This document shows, one piece after another, positions 47,612 to 58,400 of a stretch of DNA of 64,000 bases. Made by a program: the position numbers and the translations under genes. The stretch is from Rhynchopus sp. YZ270_cl-10 (lineage: Eukaryota), in the NCBI GenBank assembly GCA_964035575.1, contig OZ037843.1, forward strand, positions 930,001 through 994,000, in the 5' to 3' direction. The notes under the pieces were generated by a model, which worked only from the letters and a program-made list of their open reading frames with translations, ran no database searches and had not been told where the DNA came from. Every line of letters starts with the position of its first letter. Positions within the stretch are counted from its first letter, which is position 1.

Positions 47612-49408
47612 ATGAAGCACACACCAACCTCACCACTTACGAAGGCAGGAACACACCTTTACACACCACAGTGCACAATGGGCTGTCTCGAGCGTGCACT
47701 GTCGCTTGACGGGACACTGGACACGCACAACAGACGTAAACGACTGCTTTACTTTATCTTCAGCTGTGTGCTTTGTGCCGGCTGTTGTATGTTTACTGTG
47801 ATTCAGGCGCTCACCTTTCATGACAGGTATCTGTACTTGGGAGGGATTCTTGCGTCTGTGTTGAACGGCTTCTGTTCTATTTTAGTCGTGACGTTCAGGT
47901 GCAAGCTGACCACGTTCATCATTGTTGCAGGGTGCGTGGTGTACGCACTTGCGGTGTTATGTGTAGACATGACTGAACGCACTGAGTACATATCCACGTG
48001 GCCGATCATGGTTCTTTTTGTGGACTTTCTCTTGGTGATGCAGGTGCCCACACGGTACAGCACAGTTGTCGTGGTGTGCACACTGGTGTATTTGTTTGTT
48101 ATTGCTGCAGAAGAAACGTGGAGGTTTGGTCTGCTCGACATGCCCGGGCTCTTGCCTCAAGAACATCGACGTTCCTACGTAGATAGCCTGGGTGACTGTG
48201 ATGTGCTGCCGTGTAAGCAGAAGAAAGCGGTAAACAAACTTGGAGTTGCAGCTTTGGTCTTTGTTCTTGACTTCATCACAACGCGTGGCTTTGCGCGTGA
48301 TCTCCTGAAGGAGCAGACATCAATGCAACGCACAATCGCGACAGTGCAGGACATCGCCTCGCTCCTTGCTGGCTACGACGTGGAGAAGGTGGCGGAGCTG
48401 CTGGAGGAGCACGGTGGTGAGCTGCCTGACGGGATGACGACAGCACTGCGGAAGTTGGAGCAGAACCTACGCCTGTACAAGGCGTACCTCCCGCAGACGT
48501 GTCTGCCGTTTGAGGACGAGAAGGACCAATGTGTGGAACCTAGTGGTGAGCAGGATGGCACTGACAGTGACGATGAAAGCACAGTGTCAGAGGCAACATC
48601 GAGCACGTCTGTTGCAGTGCGACGGACTTCCTTCTGTGCACAGCCTCTCCTGCTCTCATCCACAAAGGCAACACTGCTGACACTGAACATCAAAGACACC
48701 CTGCACCGCCTGGAGGAGGACAGTGCACGCTTCTCCGACCTCTTCACAACTGTTCTTCTGAAGACCCTGCAGGCAACAGACAGCAGACGTGGGATGGTGG
48801 ACGTCTTTGTTGGGGACAGCATCCACTGCTCGTTCAACACGTCGAAGCAGTGTGCGTCGCACGCAACCTCAGCACTGCACGCAGCAAGCATGCTCATGAG
48901 AGCTGGCCTGGCAGCCTCTGTGAACGTGGGTGTTGCAATGGGGACAGTGTTGCGTGGTGACATGGGTTGTGATGTGATGCGCCGCTTCAGCATGGTGGGG
49001 ACACTTGTGCGTGACGTGCACGGGATGGAACGTGCAGGACGTATGCTGGGGTGCGACGTTGTCTGCAACCGTCTTTGCTTCAGCGACGCTGAGTGCGAAC
49101 ACGACCTGCGTCTGCTTCCGTGCAAGGTGGAGGTTGCTCAAGACTGCGAGGCACAGGTTGTGGCTGAGCTGGTTTCGAAGGAAGAAGAAACCTCAACTGC
49201 AGCAGACGAGTGGATGTACCAGATCGGCGGGAAGAAGCACTGGGATTTGTACAACACAGCAGTGCGTGGGTACCTGCGTGGTGAGAGTTGTGACACGGAC
49301 GTTGCGAAGGCGTGGGTGGAAGCGGGTGGGAGTGGCACACCAGCACACGCAGTTCCTTCCGGGACGTGCAGTGTTGTGTGTTCCTCCCTTCAAACCAAGC
49401 ACACATAA
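47612..49408 (+). CDS. 6-TM pseudo-cyclase receptor, copy F (intact, 598 aa)
   Basis: Full-length ORF collinear with copy B. Confidence 0.88.
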   Translation: MKHTPTSPLTKAGTHLYTPQCTMGCLERALSLDGTLDTHNRRKRLLYFIFSCVLCAGCCMFTVIQALTFHDRYLYLGGILASVLNGFCSILVVTFRCKLTTFIIVAGCVVYALAVLCVDMTERTEYISTWPIMVLFVDFLLVMQVPTRYSTVVVVCTLVYLFVIAAEETWRFGLLDMPGLLPQEHRRSYVDSLGDCDVLPCKQKKAVNKLGVAALVFVLDFITTRGFARDLLKEQTSMQRTIATVQDIASLLAGYDVEKVAELLEEHGGELPDGMTTALRKLEQNLRLYKAYLPQTCLPFEDEKDQCVEPSGEQDGTDSDDESTVSEATSSTSVAVRRTSFCAQPLLLSSTKATLLTLNIKDTLHRLEEDSARFSDLFTTVLLKTLQATDSRRGMVDVFVGDSIHCSFNTSKQCASHATSALHAASMLMRAGLAASVNVGVAMGTVLRGDMGCDVMRRFSMVGTLVRDVHGMERAGRMLGCDVVCNRLCFSDAECEHDLRLLPCKVEVAQDCEAQVVAELVSKEEETSTAADEWMYQIGGKKHWDLYNTAVRGYLRGESCDTDVAKAWVEAGGSGTPAHAVPSGTCSVVCSSLQTKHT

Positions 49409-50174
49409 CCAGCACCGTTTCGTCTGCTGACCCCATCCACAAAGACCTCTCCCTCCACACCCTTTCTTTGCCACACCCTGCCCACCAACACCCCACCCCT
49501 CCACAGAACAGCCTCTGCCTCATCCTCCCTGCCTCCCTCCCCTTACGATGTCTGGGGAGGGGATCGAATCACCACCAAAAGGACAACATGCGCAAAGTGC
49601 GACACATCAACAGACAGCAGACATGCCATCAACAGGCAGAAGGCAGTTTTGTTGCTCTCTCTCAGGTAAAGGTCTTCCCAGAGTGTGAGGTGTGACCACG
49701 TAGGAGATAGGCCAAGCGGTGGAGAAGACGGCCAACTCAGTTGCAGAAGACGGTGAAAACACCTGAGTCGACAGTGACCACACAGGTACACACAAACCTC
49801 ACTGGATGGAACGTGTGCTGGGAACAGTGGTCCATTGCTTGTGGAATCCACCAGATGGCTCACGTATGTTGAAGCCGAATCCCACCTTCTTGAAAGGGTT
49901 CCCTTTTGCTCTCATCCTTTGCAACTGAGGAGAGAACATCATACCACCCCCGTCAGGATGATTATGCAGAAGTAGTTGCGCCAGGCAGTGACGAACCCTG
50001 GGACGAACTCTGTAGCTTGCTGACGGAGGCAACACTGATACTCGCGTTTGTTGATTGGGTGAGTAGCGCAAACGTGTGCATGGACGACATCGAAGCTGAT
50101 TTCTGTAAGTACCCCTTACCCTCGCGCCAGACCTCCTTGGATGGGAAATCGGTGCATACGCCACATAAACATTA

Positions 50175-50538
50175 CCGTATTCGTAAAAATGTTCGACCGT
50201 AAAAAAGGACGAACTTCCAGAAAAATCCTGAAAAGGACGAACTTTATTACGGTCGAACATATTTACGGTCGAACATTAGTACGGTCGAACATGTTTGCGG
50301 TATTTTTTTGTGATAGTGGTGTGGCCAGAATTCAAAAAAAATGTACTTCTAATGTACCCCAAAAACCGGGTTTCGGGCCACACCACTATCACAAAAAAAT
50401 TTCTACCACCAACTGTACTTATGTTCGACCGTAAAAAAGGACGAACTTCCAGAAAAATCCGGAAAAGGACGAACTTTATTACGGTCGAACATATTTACGG
50501 TCGAATATTAGTACGGTCGAACATATTTACGAATACGG
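50175..50538. mobile_element. 364-bp TA-targeting MITE (Tc1/mariner-pogo-type termini)
   Basis: TA|CCGTATTCGTAAA...TTTACGAATACGG|TA with an internal duplicated ~110-bp block. Empty site AACATTAGCTACAAC at 44779-44793. Confidence 0.9.
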
Positions 50539-50618
50539 TAGATACAACAGGACATGAGAACACACCAACCTCACCACTTACGAAGGCAGGAATACACATT
50601 TCCACACCACAGTGCACA

Positions 50619-52349
50619 ATGGGCTGTCTCGAGCGTGCACTGTCGCTTGACGGGACACTGGACACGCACAACAGACGTGTACGACTGATTTACTTTATCT
50701 TCAGCTGTGTGCTTTGTGCAGTATCGTGTCTGTTTCTATTAATTCAGGCGTTCGCCTTTGATAACAGGTATCTGTACTTGGCAGGGATTCTTGCGTCTGT
50801 GTTGAACGGTGTCTGTTCTATTTTAGTCGTGACTTTCAGGTGCAAGCTGACCACGTTCATCATTGCTGCAGGGTGTGTGGTGTACGTACTTGCGCTGCTG
50901 TGCGTAGACATGACTGAACGCACTGAGTACGTATCCACGTGGCCAATCATGGTGCTTTTGGTGGACTTTCTCTTGGTGATGCAGTTGCCCACACGGTACA
51001 GCACAGTTGTCGTGGTGTGCACACTGGTGTATTTGGTCATCATCACTGCAGAAGAAACGTGGAGGTTTGGTCTGCTCGACATGCCCGGGCTCGCGCCTCA
51101 AGAGCATCGACGCTCCTTCGTCGATGATCTGGGTGACTGTGATGTGCTGCCTTGCAATCAGAAGAAAGCGGTTACCCGATTGGTATTTTCCGCTTTGGTA
51201 TTCGTACTTGACTTCATCACAACGCGAAGATTTGCACGTGGTCTTCTGAAGGAGCAGACATCAATGAAGTGCACAATCGCGACAGTGCAAGACATCGCCT
51301 CGCTCCTTGCTGGTTACGACGTGGAGAAGGTGGCGGAGCTGCTGGAGGAGCACGGTGGTGAGCTGCCTGACGGGATGACAGCAGCACTGCGGAAGTTGGA
51401 GCAGAACCTGCGTGTTTACAAGGCGTACCTCCCGAAGACGTGTCTGCCGTTTGAGGACGAGAAGGACCAATGTGTGGAACCTGATGGTGGGCAGGATGGT
51501 GCTGACAGTGACGACTCAAGCACAGTGTCAGAGGCAACATCGAGCACGTCTGCTGCAGTGCAACCCACTTTGTTCCGTGCACAGCCTCTCCTGCTCTCAT
51601 CCACAAAGGCAACACTGCTGACACTGAACATCAAAGACACCCTGCACCGCCTGGAGGAGGACAGTGCACGCTTTTCCGACCTCTTCACAACTGTTCTTCT
51701 GAAGACCCTGCAGGCAACAGACAGCAGACGTGGGATGGTGGACGTCTTTGTTGGGGACAGGATCCACTGCTCGTTCAACGCGTCGAAGCAGTGTGCGTCA
51801 CACGCAACCTCAGCACTGCACGCAGCAAGCATGCTCATGAGAGCTGGCCTGGCAGCCTCTGTGAACGTGGGTGTTGCAATGGGAACAGTGCTGCGTGGTG
51901 ACATGGGTTGTGATGTGATGCGCCGCTTCAGCATGGTGGGGACACTTGTGCGTGACGTGCACGGGATGGAACGTGCAGGACGTATGCTGGGGTGCGATGT
52001 TCTCTGCAACCGTCTTTGCTTCAGCGACGCTGAGTGCGAACACGACCTGCGTCTGCTTCCGTGCAAGGTGGAGGTTGCTCAAGACTGTGAGGCACAGGTT
52101 GTGGCTGAGCTGGTTTCGAAGGAAGAGGAAACCTCAACTGCAACAGACGAGTGGATGTACCAGATAGGCGGGAAGAAGCACTGGGAGGACTACAACATAG
52201 TGGTGCGTGGGTACCTGCGTGGTGAACGCTGTGCCACGGACGTTGCGAAGGCGTGGGTGGAGGCGGGTGGGAGAGGCACACCAGCACACGCAGTTCCTTC
52301 CGGGACGTGCAGTGTTGTGTGTTCCTCCCTTCAAACCAAGCACACATAA
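50619..52349 (+). CDS. 6-TM pseudo-cyclase receptor, copy G (intact, 576 aa)
   Basis: MGCLE start at 50619. The ORF-track extension back to 50295 runs through a MITE. Confidence 0.88.
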   Translation: MGCLERALSLDGTLDTHNRRVRLIYFIFSCVLCAVSCLFLLIQAFAFDNRYLYLAGILASVLNGVCSILVVTFRCKLTTFIIAAGCVVYVLALLCVDMTERTEYVSTWPIMVLLVDFLLVMQLPTRYSTVVVVCTLVYLVIITAEETWRFGLLDMPGLAPQEHRRSFVDDLGDCDVLPCNQKKAVTRLVFSALVFVLDFITTRRFARGLLKEQTSMKCTIATVQDIASLLAGYDVEKVAELLEEHGGELPDGMTAALRKLEQNLRVYKAYLPKTCLPFEDEKDQCVEPDGGQDGADSDDSSTVSEATSSTSAAVQPTLFRAQPLLLSSTKATLLTLNIKDTLHRLEEDSARFSDLFTTVLLKTLQATDSRRGMVDVFVGDRIHCSFNASKQCASHATSALHAASMLMRAGLAASVNVGVAMGTVLRGDMGCDVMRRFSMVGTLVRDVHGMERAGRMLGCDVLCNRLCFSDAECEHDLRLLPCKVEVAQDCEAQVVAELVSKEEETSTATDEWMYQIGGKKHWEDYNIVVRGYLRGERCATDVAKAWVEAGGRGTPAHAVPSGTCSVVCSSLQTKHT

Positions 52350-52488
52350 CCAGCACCGTTTCGTCTGCTGACCCCATCCACAAAGACCTCTCCCTCCACA
52401 CCCTTTCTTTGCCACACCCTGCCCACCAACACCCCACCCCTCCACAGAACAGCCTCTGCCTCATCCTCCCTGCCTCCCTCCCCTTACG

Positions 52489-55400
52489 ATGTCTGGGGAG
52501 GGGATCGAGGGATGGGTGTGGCGGTACAGTGTTGTGGGGAAGAGCGACTGGAAGGAGAAACAATGGCGCAAACGATATGCAACAGTGGACAAACAGGACC
52601 TCTGTTTGTATAAGGATAAGGAGCAGGCTGGCGCACGGAGGCCTTGCCAATTAGTTCGTTTTGCGAAGAGCGCCAACCTGACAGTCTACAGCTCTGAGCA
52701 GGCCGACTTCGCCTTCAGCACCGACGGCTACAACTATTTCCTCGGGATCCGGCACACAGAGGAGGGCAGCACCTCCCCTATCCTTCTCCTCTTCCGCCTC
52801 CCAACCCAGGCAGTGCACAAGGCCTGGGTCGCCTACCTCTCGACCTTCATGGAAACCGACCAATTCAACACAATTAAAAAACAGTTTCCCACCTTCGACG
52901 TTATTGCCTTAGAGAAATACCAGGAGGCAGCGAGCGATGATGAGGTCTCCTCCTCTGATGACGACGAAATGCGTGACCTAGTCTCCGCATACGTCAGCGA
53001 GGCCGCGGACTTACCAAAAGGAAACATCACGGCCCCGGCGGTGACAAACATTGAGGCTGCAAAAAAACGTCTTCTCGAAGAACGAAAGCGCGCGAGAGAA
53101 GGCCAACCGACCGCAGAGTCTCCTGGATCCGGTGTACCGGGTCTCAAAGAAAAGCTGGCTGCTCTGAAGGCACGTAACCAAGGTGCGAACATACCGCAGC
53201 CTCTGGTGGATTCTTCATCGGAGAGAAGGCGCTCTGTAATAGAAGAGGACGTTGCGTCGCCTACGTTGTCGAAAACGCCTTCTGGACCACGAAGCCGATT
53301 GGATGAGGCGTTGGCGAGGAAGCGTGCTGAAAAAAATCAGTCGTCTGCAGACATTGCAAAGCAAATCCAATCCTTCGCACACCGTCTGGACCGTGACGTC
53401 GAAGCGGACAGCGACACCGAGAAGGATAAGGAGTCTCTGACCGGGTCGTCCACAACGGCAACCTCCCTTCCTCCAGCGGCGTTGGAAAAGCGGGCACGGC
53501 TTTTGGCAAAGGCGAAGGAGGCTCGCGCAAGGAAAATGGTTGAGCTTGGCACCCAAACAGAAGAATCGCATCCTACCGTGGTTCCAGAATCCGCCGCCCC
53601 TGCTGCAGCATTGACCGAAATGGAAGAACGTTTTCAAGATGCTACAGCGCGGGCTCAAGCGGCCGAAGCAGAGATCGAAGGCATGACCGAAAAAATTGAC
53701 GACGAAAAGGAACAACACCGCGAGGCCAGACAACGCTGTGTATCGCTCACTGCGGAGCGCGATGAGGCGAGAGAAAAGGCCTTCGCCGCAGAAGCTACCG
53801 CTGCCTCTGGACTGCAAAAGGTTAAAGACCGCCTTGCAGAAGTCATCGAAGAGAAGGAGGCAGCAAAGCGAGCACAGTCAGACGCCGAGCAAACCTGCGC
53901 TGACATGAAAGCAGAACAAACCGCGAACGGAGACCTCCACGCCAGCATTACAGCATTAGAAGAACAGCTCCGTTCCGCCACCGAACGTCTTGCCACCTCT
54001 GCTGAATCTTGCACGGAAGCCGATCGGCGTGCAATGGAGGCCATCCAAGAAAAGGTGGCAACCAAAGAAGAGCTCGACACACAACTCACTCAGGTTGAGG
54101 CATTGAAGGAATCGCTTGCATCGGAGGCAGCGAAACGGGAGAGTATTGAACAGGAGCGTGATGCAAAGCAGGAGGAGTATGACTCGATGCAGAACCAAGT
54201 GTCCGTTCTTGGCGCGCGTCTTGAAGAACGGCAAGTAGAGTTGGCAGCTGCGACGCATGCGGAAGAGGAAACCCAAGAGGATCTGCAGCGGCACCAAGCC
54301 CAGCTTGAAACTGTGCAAGGCTCGCTGGCGGAAACCCGCGCGGAATTGGCGAAGCTGAGAGAAGGAGACTCCGAGGTTGAAACGCTTGCCGCAGAGTTGC
54401 AAAACAGAACCGACGAGAGGGATACACTCAAAAACGAGCTGTCCGACGCAAACAGCAAACTGCAGACAGCGTTAACCCAGGCAGAAGAGGCTGCAGCTGC
54501 GTCTTCTGCCGCAGAAGAAAAATCTTTGTCCGAAGCACAAAAGGCACAGACCGACCTGGCAGCACTCCGCCAAGAGATGAACATCATTTCTTCCACATCA
54601 GAAGATATTGCTCAGATGCGTCAGAGCATGGATGAACTCCTTGAGGCAAAAACCGCCTTAGAATCGCAGCTAGCAGAGGCTGTTGAAACCTCCAATACCA
54701 ACACCACAGCGCTTACAGAAAAGCAGGCTGAAGTAGACTCCCTTCAAACCAAACTACAGGAAGCAGAATTAGAGCACAACAACGATACACAAAATCTCTC
54801 AAATGAAGAGGAAATCGCGCTTAAAGAGCAAATTAATATTCTTGAGAACGATGTTGCCAATACGAAAGACGCGCTGAACACCGCAGAATCACAACGTGAC
54901 ACTGCACTTCAAGAAAAGGCTGCTCTCTCTGAAGAACTATCCGAGCTTCAAGAACAACAACAACAACAACAACAACAACAGCCACCTACCATCCCCTCTG
55001 AAATCACCGAGCTGGCTACTCCAGAAAACATTACGTCAGTGGCAGAGGTTGCCGCAAAAGCGGATCCAGCACAAATCACCAATTTAGCAGAATCGATTAA
55101 TGAGCATAAAGCCGAAGTAGACCGCCTCACCGCCGCAAATGAACTCTTAGAACAGCAGCTCCAAGAGGCGAACGGTGCAATAGCATCTTTGGAAGACGAT
55201 TTGGCTTCCAGAGATGATCCCCCTCCTGAAGCAAAACCCACAGCAGATCTCAGCGCTGAAGTGGAGGCGCTCCAAGCTCAACTGAAGGAGATGCAAAGTG
55301 AGGTGGAGGAGGTGGAGAAACTCAGAGAGGAGGTGGCAGAGCAGCTTCAACAGATGGAAGGATTGCGGGAGGAGCTAGAGGAGGCGAGGAAAATGGCGAA

Positions 55401-58400
55401 GGGGGTTGAGGCGCTGGCTTCGTCTTCACCTCCTCCAGGGGTCTCTGCTTCTGTGGCGCCCCTTCTTCCGGATCTGCAGGATCGGAGTAATCCACAACGT
55501 CTTGCATGCTCTAGCTTCCGTTCCGCGATTCTCTCTGCTCGTATACCAGAGAATAAAATGCTTCCAGAAATCGAGGCTCTCCGTGAAACGGAATCTGATG
55601 ACATCGCTGTAATCCGTCGAGCTTGCGTTTCCGCTTTCCATGCTCTTCAGACAGAATCTTCAGATTGTTCTGAAATTCTTATTTTTTCTTATCTTTGTGA
55701 ATTATTGGAAGGCGAGGAAGGTGGGGTCGAATTTTTGCATGGTGGATGGGTTAAGGCATTTGAAAGGCATTTGGCGGAGCGGGGTGAAGGGCAGGCAAGA
55801 CTGCAACAAAATATGCAGGATATGAGCGATGAGATTACAGATTTGGAGGATGCTTTAGTTAAGGAGAGGGGACGGGCAGATGCGGCACTTCAAGAAGCGG
55901 AGGCGGAGCGGGATGAGCTGGTTGCTCGGTTGGCAACAGATCTTACTGCAGACACCGCCAGCGCTCGGCGTCTGCAAGACGCCATCCAAGAATACCTTTC
56001 ATCACCCCAATCCTCCGAAATCACTGAAGATCTCCGATCCAGAGCATCCTCCTTATCTAGTACTCCACTTTCGGATGATCCGACTATATTGACCTCTCAT
56101 ATCACCGATTTGCGGGCAATGTGTGTCGAGCTTGGCATTGACGACCCTAACGCAGACGCATCCGAAACCTGGCGTACCGTCGCAAAGAAGCTGCTTGGGG
56201 AGAAGAAGGAGCTGCAAAACCTGTTGTCGCAGGTTCGCGAGGCCTCGGGGGTTCCTGAGGAGACGAAGGAGAGACTGGATGCATGCTGTGGGAACAGCGA
56301 GCCGGATGTGGCTAGAATTGAAGGTCTCCAACAAACGCTTGCAGAGGTAACCGAAGACCCTGCGTTCGAACAGCTCAGCGAAGCCGAGCAAGACATCGTC
56401 CGAGATGCGGTCACAACAAACCTCGCCACAGACGACCCAGAAATGCTCCGCGAACAAGCAGAATCGGTCGAAGGGGCGGCGCTTGCTGTACGCAACTCCT
56501 CCATCTTCTCCGACGGCCATCTTCAAGAAAGCGTGCACGATGCGTTGGCCGATGAGGATACCTGGAAAGACGTTGCACGCCGTCTTCTCAACGATAAAAA
56601 AATATTGCAAGAAGAGCTAGACGCGCTAAAGGAAGCTGGGATAACAGAGACCCTCCCGATTGCTTTGCAGCAGGATGTTGCAAGGATAAGTGACAGAGAA
56701 ACGGCAGAAAAATTGAAAATTGAGCTGCAAAATGCATTGGACGCTTCCGGCAATGAAACCATCGACGCAGAGGAGAAGGCTGCATTACAAGAAATCGCGA
56801 ACATGGAGATTGTTGAAGACAAAGTAACCGAACAGATTGCGCAGCTCCAGGCTGCTATTGCATCTCTCAATGCAATTCCAGGGTTGAAATCGAGGCTGGC
56901 ACCGGAGAATCTCGAGGCAATCGCGTCTGCTGTTGATATAGCGCAAAAGGGGGATGTTGAAGCGCTCAGAAAAGAGTTGCAGGCGATGACCGAAACCATC
57001 GAGCGATTGGAGAAGGAAGCGAAAGAGGCGAAAGAGGCAAAGGAGGTGGAGGAGACCCGCAAAGCAGAAGAAGAGGAAGAAAAATCGGGTCCTGAGGTTG
57101 CCCTTCCATCTGATGCTGACACGGTGGAGGAAAAGCTGCAGACAATCCTCGCGAAGAACACATTGTCAGAAGCGCAGCAGGCAGACCTCCAACGACTCTT
57201 AGATGAACCTCTCAGCAACGACCCCGAAGAACGGTCCCGCCAACTTGAAGCACGCAAACAATTTTTGACCGATCTTCAAAACAACGAGACGCTTCCAGAG
57301 GACCTCAAATCTGAACTATCCTCTGATGGCTGGCAAACTGCATCAAGGCTGCGCGAGGAGAACGCTGCCCTGAAGGAAGAGCTGCTGAACGCTCCAGAGA
57401 CGGAGACACCCCAATCCGATGCAGAAGCAACACGCGAGGCATTAACCCGCATTCTTGCAGAGCACGGCGCGCACCTTACCCCAGATCAGATTGAGCGTGC
57501 GGAAGTTCTCCTGAACACTCCTCTCAGCGATGACCCGGAAGAACGCAAAAAACAACTTTCGGAACTACAGCAAATCGCGGAAGAGATACGCGAATCGGAG
57601 ACCCTCCCGGATACTGTCAAAGCAGAGCTTGGTGGAGAGGAAGGATGGAGGCAGGTTGCGAAGCGTTTAATGAAAGAAAATGGCATGCTAAGCGACCAAC
57701 TTGCCGCCTCGAATACAACCGACCAAGAGAAGACCACCACAGAACTGCGCAGACAGCTTGCAGAGCTGCGCGCCGCGTTGGGCGACGACGCCAGCATCGC
57801 CTCCTCCTCCCGCCTTCTCAGCAACACCTCCCTCACGCTCCAAGCCGCTAGCATGAAAGGCGCGCTTCTTGAAGTTCAAGAAAACGAATCTGCGGTCGAA
57901 GCAATGCAACCCGATCTGCGCCTTCAAATAGCCGGATCCACTGCAAGCATTTCAGAAGACCGCACCGAGCTTGCAACACAACACGCCAACCTCCACTCTG
58001 CAATCTCCGCTGTCCTTGCATCCGAAACAGTACTAGAGCACCTCCCTCCTGACCTCAGACAGCGTCTCCAAGCACTCCACGATGCTGCAACCCTCGACAG
58101 TGACGACCCCGAAGTCCTCCAATCTCAAGTTGATGACCTGCTTCAAGCGCTTATTTCTGTGCAGGAATCCGCGACTTCAGCGCTTCCGGAACATCTGCAA
58201 CAGCTCATCCGCGACGCGAGAGGTGGCCGCAAGGAGAAACCCCTCCGTCAAACCTCCTCCTGCGAAGTCGAAAAAGAAGAGGAAACCGAAGAACAAAAAA
58301 CGGCACTACTCCTATCAGCCTTACACGACGTCCTCGAAGAACCCCATGCTGGGCGCCTTTCGAAAGAACTACTTCAACGCCTTGCAGACCTCTCTGGAGA

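Noticed and set aside
50295..50618. 108-aa N-terminal extension of copy G (likewise the extensions at 21929, 26038, 39991, 6357 and 38261)
   Set aside because: They begin at non-ATG codons or run through MITE or low-complexity leader DNA; paralogues and domain starts favour the downstream ATGs.
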